Assembly: GCF_902713615.1 (NCBI RefSeq)
Contig: NC_052158.1
Location: 32,157,990-32,221,989 of the forward strand
DNA: 64,000 nucleotides
DNA from: Scyliorhinus canicula
Taxonomy: Eukaryota
Reading direction: 5' to 3'
Both the position numbers and the translations under genes were made by a program. The notes under the pieces are model-generated. The model made no database searches, was not told where the DNA came from, and was given only the letters and a program-made list of their open reading frames with translations. Shown piece by piece: positions 57,481 to 64,000 of this stretch (within the stretch, counting starts at the first letter, position 1; each line of letters opens with the position of its first letter).

Positions 57481-58149
57481 ATTAAATTAATTAAAATTGA
57501 AACAACATTACACCCAGAAAGAAAGAATTTCACTGAATAAAAGTAATAACTCGCATAAAAAGAGACCATTCACACAGTGGGATAGAGTTTATAGAATGAA
57601 TAGCTGCGTATGAAGACTTACCAGGAACAGCAATAGCAGCAAGGAGAGAACAGTGAATCTTTTCGAAATCAATGATGAAACAATACACCATCCACATGTC
57701 CATTTCTATGGAGACGCTGATCCCTGTTAGTGTCGGAGGTGCTGCTCCCGCTGACACGAAGAGACTAACACTTTCAAAGGAGCTTCTTATTAATAGAAAA
57801 GAGAAACTCTCCAGTGGCACTGTTCAGTTCCATGGGGACTGTCATTAATCACAGTCACTGCACAAACAAGATCTTTCAATCTGGCACTTTTACTGCATAT
57901 TTGTGTGAATGGTCCACAGTACGTAATCCTTTGAAAGATTAAACATATACCAAAACAGATTTCAATGTTTTTCGGCAGTCTTCAGCCTTGTGAGATGAAG
58001 ATTTACTCCTTTGTGTTGAATTCTTTGTTAAGCCCTCGCATGCTGTGACCCATGAGCCCAATCTAGCATGGCAGACGGTGGTGCATTTGCTGACGGTGAA
58101 CTTGCAAGCGCTGCTGGGCTATCCTTTCATTGCATCTTCTTATTGGCCA

Positions 58150-58600
58150 GCTAAACTTTCTGTTTGCCTTCACCTCTTCCATGACCTTCCAAACAGGTAG
58201 ACCAGAGGTCACGGCTATTGATGATTGTCGCATTTGTCAGTGTTGAAGTTTGCCATGTTCTATTTCCTGCTTGAGGGCTCCTTTGTCGTGGGGGTTCGGT
58301 CACCAGGCATGTCAAAACCCCCTGGTTAGGTCACTAGAGAGAATGCCTGTGGGTACATGGCCCTCATCCATCGAATGAACATGGCCATGCCAACGCGTGT
58401 CATTGACTTAGTGTGTGCTGATGAAAGTTCGGTACCTTGGAGTTGGTGACCTTGGCTAACCAAGAGATGCCAATTATGTGCCAGAGAGAGTTGAAACTGT
58501 TCACCATTTTGTCCTGGCAAGCATATGCTGTCAAAGCCTCACCATTGTAGATGAGTGCACTGAAGGCACAGGTTTGATGATCTCAGTCAAGCTGCTGTTG
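58150..58600 (-). mobile_element. Decayed RTE-like LINE 3' fragment
   Basis: RWHGHVHSMDEGHVP resembles the RTE C-terminal WLGHVxRM motif. Confidence 0.55.
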
Positions 58601-58679
58601 CTTTGCACGCTCTTCATGCATATGTTCATTTCAGCATCAAGCGGAAGATTGCTAGTCATTTTTAACAAATTAATTAAGG

Positions 58680-60570
58680 GGACGTGGGCATCGCTGGCTA
58701 AACCAACATTTATTGCTGACCATAATTGCCCCTGAGAAGATGGCGGTGAGCAGCTGCAGTCCCTGTGGTGTAGGTACATCCACAATGCTGTTCGGATTTT
58801 CACTCAGCCACAGTGAAGGAACAGTTGATATAATTCCAAGTCAGAATGGTGAGCGACTTGGAACAGAATATCCAGGTGCTGTGGTTCCCGTGTGTTTGAT
58901 GCCCTTGTTCTTCCATATGCTAGCAGTTGTGGGTCGGGGATGCATCAGGAGCCTTGGTGTGTTTGTGCTGTGCACACTGCTGAGACTGTGTGTTGATGGT
59001 GGAATGAGAGAGTTTTTGAGAAAGGGGTGCCAGTCACGTGAGCTGCTAATTCATAAATGGTGTGGAGCGTCCTGAATGTGGTTGGAGCTGCTCATGCAGG
59101 CAAGTGGAGAATATTCCATTATACTCCTGACTTGTGCTTTTGTGGGTGGTGGACAGGCTTTGGGGAGTCAGGAGGTGAGTTATTTGTGGCAGGATACATC
59201 ACCCCTGACCTGCTCTTGTAGCCACAGTATCTATATGGCCATTCCAGTCAGTTTCTGGTCTGGTAACCCCAGAATGTTGATAGTGGGAGATGCTGCAAAT
59301 GTAATGCCATTGAATGTCATGGGGAGATGGCTAGATTCTCTTTTGTTGGAGAGGGTCAGTAACTGTCATTTGTGGGGTGAGAATGTTACTTCTCATTGTC
59401 AAACTAAGCCTGGATATTGTCCACATCTTGCTGAACACGGAGATGGACTGCTTCAGTATCTGAGTGTCAGATGGTGGAGAACATTGTGAACTCATCAGCA
59501 AAGATTCTGACCTAATGATGAATGGAAGGTCATTGACGAAGCAGCTAAAGATGGTTGGGCCTAACACACCAGCCCAAAGAACTCATTAACTCCAGTTTTG
59601 CTTCGGAACTTTGATGTCATACTCGGTCAAATGCTGCCTTGATGTCAAGGGAAGTCGCTCTCACCTCACCTCAGAGAGATCAGCTCTTTCGTCCATGTTC
59701 AAATAATGGCTGAAATAAGCTCAGGAGTTGAATGATCCTGGCAGCCTGGCGCTGCTCTTGGCTTGCCCTCCTGCACTCTTCATTTAATCAGGGTTGCTCC
59801 CCTGGCTTGGTGGTAATGGTAGAGTACGGGATAAGCTGGGCCATGAGGATACAGATTGTGGTTGAGTGCCATTCTGCTGCAGCTATTGGCCTACAGCCCC
59901 TTCGGGATGCTTGATCTGTTCAAAATCCATCCCATTTAGCATGGTGCGAATACCACACAACACAATGAAGGGTATCCTCAATGTGATAGTGGAAGTTTGC
60001 CTCCACAAAGATTGTGCAGTGAACACTCCTACCAATACGTTCGGGTACAAATGCATATGCAGCAGGCAGATTGGTGAGGATGAGGTCAAGTATGTTTTTC
60101 CCTCTTGTTGGTTCTCTCACTTCTTTCCACAATCCCAGTCTAGCAGTTTTGTCCTTTCAGACCTGGCCAGCTCATTCAGTGATGGTACTACCGAGCCACT
60201 CTTGGTGATGAACATTGAAATCCCCCACCAGTGTACATAGTGCACCCTTGCCACCCTCAGTGCCATCTCCAAGTGGTTCACCGTGGAGGAGTACTGATTC
60301 ATCAGCTTAGGATGAATGGTACATCGTAATCAGCAGGAGGTTCTCTTGCCCCTGTTTGGCCTCATACCATGATGCTTCATGTGGTCCAGAGTTGATGTTG
60401 AGGACTCTCAGAGCAACCTCCTCCCGATAGTATACTACTGTGACATCACCTCTTCTGGATCTCTTTTATTCATTTACAGGATTGGGGCATCGCTGGCTGT
60501 GCCAACATTTATTGCCCATTCCTAGTTGCCTTTCAGAAGATGGTGATGAACTGTCTTCTTGAACCGCTGC
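58680..60570 (-). mobile_element. Decayed CR1/L2-group LINE with an internal deletion
   Basis: VREPTRGKNILDLILTNLP (APE end) and LGPTIFSCFVNDLP (RT). The 3' tail matches the 57140 SINE. Confidence 0.8.
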
Positions 60571-60640
60571 AGTTTCTTTTGTACCAGTCTGCCATGAAGG
60601 ACCTTGTCAAACGCCTTATGTTGGAGTCCATTTTGGCATC

Positions 60641-60968
60641 ATAGAACATAGAAAATACAGTGCAGAAGGAGGCCATTCGGCCCATCAAGTCTGCACCAAC
60701 CCACTTAAACCCTCACTTCCACCCTATCCCCGTAACCCAGTAACCCCTTCTAACCTTTTTTGGTCACTAAGAGCAATTTATCATGGCCAATCCACCGAAC
60801 CTGCATGTCTTTGGAGTGTGGGAGGAAACCGGAGCACCTGGATGAATCCTACGCAGAAACGGGGAGAAAATAAAGACACCGCACAGATAGTGACCCAGCA
60901 GGGAATCGAACCTGGGACCCTGGCGCTGGGAAGCCACTGTGCTAATCACTTGTGCTACTGTGCTGCCC
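60641..60968 (-). mobile_element. HE1-like SINE
   Basis: Reverse-complement consensus. Confidence 0.9.
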
Positions 60969-60999
60969 AAGCTGTTCCTTCATCAATTAATTTTGTCAC

Positions 61000-62310
61000 C
61001 TCCTCAAAACTCTATTAAGTTGGTAAGACAAGACCTTCCCCACACAAAACCATGTTGCCTATCACTAACAAGTCCATTCACTTCCAAATGTCAATAAATC
61101 CTGTCCATCAGTATCTTCTCCAATAGCTTCCCCACCACTGACGTCAGGTTCACCGGGCTATAATTACCTGGATTATCCCTGCTTCCCTTCTTAAAAAAGG
61201 GATGACATTGGATATTCTCCAGTCCTTTGTATCCTCACATGTGGTCAAAGATGATGCAAAGATATCTGTTGAGACCCCAGCTATTTTCTGTCTTGCCCCC
61301 ACAGTAACCTGGCAATCCAGCACAGGGACATGTCTAACTTAATGCATTTTAAGTTATCCAACACTTCCTCTTTCAATATGTTGACATGTCTTAGAGTATT
61401 CACGACACCCATCCCTAACCTCAACATCAGTCATGTCATTCTGTGAATACCGATCCAAAGTACTCATTGAGGATCTCACCCACTTCCTCTGACTCCACGC
61501 GTAACTTCCCTCCTCTATCCTTGAGTAGGCCTACTCTTTCTCTAGCTACCCTATTGCTCCTTATATAAGTATAAAAGGCTTTGGGATTTTCCTTGACCCT
61601 ACTTTCCAATGACATTTCATGGCCTCTTTTATCCCTCCTAACTCCACGTTCGAGTTTGTTCCCAATTCCCCTCTATTCTTCAAAATCTTTGTCTGTTTTT
61701 AGTTGCCTAGACCTTATTTATGCTTCCTTTTCCTTTTTGACGTGTCTCACAATTTCCTCTGTCTTCAATAGTTCCCGAATCCTGCCATTTCTGCCCTTCA
61801 TTTTCGCATGGATGCCTGCCCTGCACTCTAATCAACTGGTCTTTAAAAGGCTCCCACATATCAAATATGGATTTACCCCCAAACATGGGGGAAATTAAAA
61901 TCACCCACAACTACCCTGCTATTTTCACACCTTTCCAGAATCTGACGATATATCTGTTCCTCTGTATTCCGCTGGCTGTTGGGAGGCTTATTGTACAACC
62001 CCAACATTGTGATTGCACTCTTCCTATTTATGAGCTCTACCCACAATGCCTCACTTCAGTATCCCTCCAAGATGTCTTCCCTCATGACAGCTTCGATATG
62101 GTCCTGAACCAGTAATGCAACTCACTCACCTTTCTCGTACCACTTCTGTCTCATCTAAAACATTGATATCCCAGAACGTTAATCTGGCAGTCCTGTCCCT
62201 ACTTTAACCATGTCACCATAATAGCAAAAACAACATAATTCCCCACATTAATCCAAGCTCTAAATCTTACCTGCCATATTTCTTGCATTGAAGCGCCCCC
62301 TGGGATTTTT
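61000..62310 (-). mobile_element. Decayed CR1 ORF2 fragments
   Basis: MWEPFKDQLIRVQGRH and other CR1 linker/RT segments. Confidence 0.75.
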
Positions 62311-62419
62311 GACTGTGAGCAAAGATGTGTCATCCTCCCCCCCCCCCCCCCCCCCCCCACCAAGGCCGCCACCCAACCCTTACATGTCACTTTAAGAAAT
62401 GTTTGTCTTCTCAAGTGGC

Positions 62420-62949
62420 TGAAGTGATGTCAGTGCCTGGGTGTAGCTGGGCTCTGGCTCTGATTTTTACTTTTGTTCTGAGCTGGAAGCTGTTTTTGGC
62501 TCTGAGTTTTAGTTTCATTTTCAGTTGGAAGCTGCATTCAAACCCAGGAGGTGTATTTCTGTCTCTCTTTGCATGGCATGCTAAAGAATGTCTCCAGATT
62601 ACTTGATGATTTCAAAGTAATACCCATTTCTGGAAGGAATACAAACCTACTTTCTTTGCTAAAAAGGGTCTTTGACTTATGGATATTGTTCAGAAAGTTA
62701 CTAAAGTTACTATAAAGTATTGTATCTTTGGGGATTATCAGTGTTGGTAGTTGATAAGATGTTTACTGCGTGTTTATATAATGTTAACAGGATTCATAGA
62801 ATAAACATTGTTTTTGTTTAAAAATACTTTAGATCTCTGTTGCATCACACCTGTAAAATGGGCCCTTGTGCTCCAAAATCTATTAAAAGTTGTGGGTCAG
62901 GTGAAGTAAAATGATATACTTTGGTGTTCTCTAAACCCTGGCCCATAAT
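62420..62949 (+). mobile_element. LTR portion, same family as 23405-23709
   Basis: Shared AATAAACATTG block and an end CTGGCCCATAATA. Confidence 0.55.
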
Positions 62950-63104
62950 AATGACTACTCAACTCCTCGCCTCCCCACAGAAGCCCTTACGTTCGGTTCA
63001 CGTTTTTCAAAACGAGTACTAATTGGCACCAGCGTAAATACTTGCTGGGAAGGCCGGTGAATGTCGGAGGGCCGTTGGATATGTGTCGCTGCAGTTAACT
63101 GTAT

Positions 63105-64000
63105 GGTGGCACAGTAGCACAGGTTCGCTCTATTGCTTCATAACTCCAGGGACCCAGAGTCAATTCCCGGCTTGGGTCACTGTCTGTGTGGAGTCTGCCT
63201 GATCTCTCCGGGCGGGATTCTCCAATCCCGTGGCTGAATGTCCACACCGTCGTAAACGCCATCGCGTTTTATGGTGGCGTGAATGGGCCGCTCCCAAATC
63301 TTATTCTGGCCCCAAATGGGGGTCAGCACGGCGCTCCAGCTGCAGATCCCGGTGGAAACTGGGCACCACAAGATCCGCGCATGCGCAGTTGTGCTGGCGC
63401 CAACAAGGACAGGTGCAGTGGTGCCTGTGCCAAGGTGCCCATGTGCAGTGGCCTCCTTCAACACGTCAGCCCCGACACTACATGGCGCAGGACTACAGGG
63501 GCCGGCGCATAGGAAAGGAGGCCCCCAGCCACAGAGGCCGGCCTGCCGATCGGTGGGTCCCGATCGCGGACCAGGCAACATCGGAGGTCCCCCTGCGGTC
63601 GGACCCCCCTCTAACCCCCCAGAGGCCGCCACCCGACCCTTACACGCCAAGGTCCAGCCAGCTCAGAGCAGGTTAGAACGGCGCCGGCGGGACTCGGCTC
63701 TATTCCTATGGCCGCTCGGCCCATCCAGGCCGGAGATTTGGCAGAGCGGCCCGCAACCGGTGCCGCGCCAACCATGCCAGCGGCAATGGCGCCGATTCTC
63801 CGCAATGCGGAGAATCACGTGCTGGCATCGGGGCAGCGTGACCTGTTCGCCGGGATTCTTCGGCCTGGCGCGGGGCTGGGAGAATCTCGCCCTCCATGTC
63901 TGCGTGGATTTCCTCCAGGTGCTCCCGTTTCCTCCCACAGTCCAAAGATGTGCATGTTAGGAACATTGCCCATGCTAAATTGCCCTTAGGCTAGGTGGGG
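63105..64000 (+). mobile_element. HE1-like SINE interrupted by a MITE
   Basis: The SINE breaks at ...GATCTCTCC (63209) and resumes TCCATGTCTGCGTGG (63893). Confidence 0.88.
63210..63892. mobile_element. GC-rich Harbinger-type MITE, 683 bp
   Basis: 14-bp TIRs GGGCG(G/A)GATTCTCC and an exact 3-bp TSD TCC. Confidence 0.9.

Larger units (their letters stand above)
55491..57703 (-). pseudogene. GPR139/GPR142-like class A GPCR pseudogene (exon 1 57703-57622; exon 2 56701-55491)
   Basis: Exon 1 reads MDMW...LLAAIAVP G|GTAAGT. Exon 2 starts after a TCACAG acceptor: VNVVTIVILS...SKCVTRYLVAMA...ATDCSV...AICC...KYCSEKTAA...LLSCCTN.CIY...KFREQLK*. Lesions are at least 2 stops, at least 2 frameshifts and a SINE insertion. 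Confidence 0.85.

Noticed and set aside
51898-57622. GPR139-like exon 1 / M2-like fusion protein
   Set aside because: A phase-1 donor joined to this acceptor is out of frame and stops after 9 codons.
23405-62949. Two related LTRs as the ends of one 39-kb provirus
   Set aside because: They are only moderately similar, and the interval holds host genes and unrelated elements.

Overview
This is eukaryotic, repeat-dense DNA, most likely from a cartilaginous fish (shark). That call rests on HE1-like SINEs, CR1 LINEs with an esterase ORF1 and shark-type GPCR families, and it is an inference. Host genes: (1) three 3' exons (TM, 34-nt and 48-nt cytoplasmic exons) of what looks like an MHC class I heavy-chain gene at 7395-8838 (+), with a stop codon where the conserved tail Tyr is expected; (2) an intact but divergent muscarinic M2-like receptor ORF at 50443-51858 (-); (3) a two-exon GPR139/142-like GPCR pseudogene at 55491-57703 (-). 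The rest is mostly layered transposable elements. These include a decayed env-bearing endogenous retrovirus (about 10540-18150) with two RNase H domains and a fusion-protein-like env (lokiretrovirus-like), one full-length CR1 with intact ORFs (18569-23246), a full-length decayed L1 (37881-43693), four Ty3/Gypsy remnants, GC-rich Harbinger-type MITEs, about 17 HE1-like SINE copies, two Penelope-like hairpin insertions, solo LTRs and minisatellites. There are no prokaryotic features or CRISPR arrays. Family assignments come from motif recognition by eye, not database searches, and element boundaries lacking TSD/TIR support are approximate.
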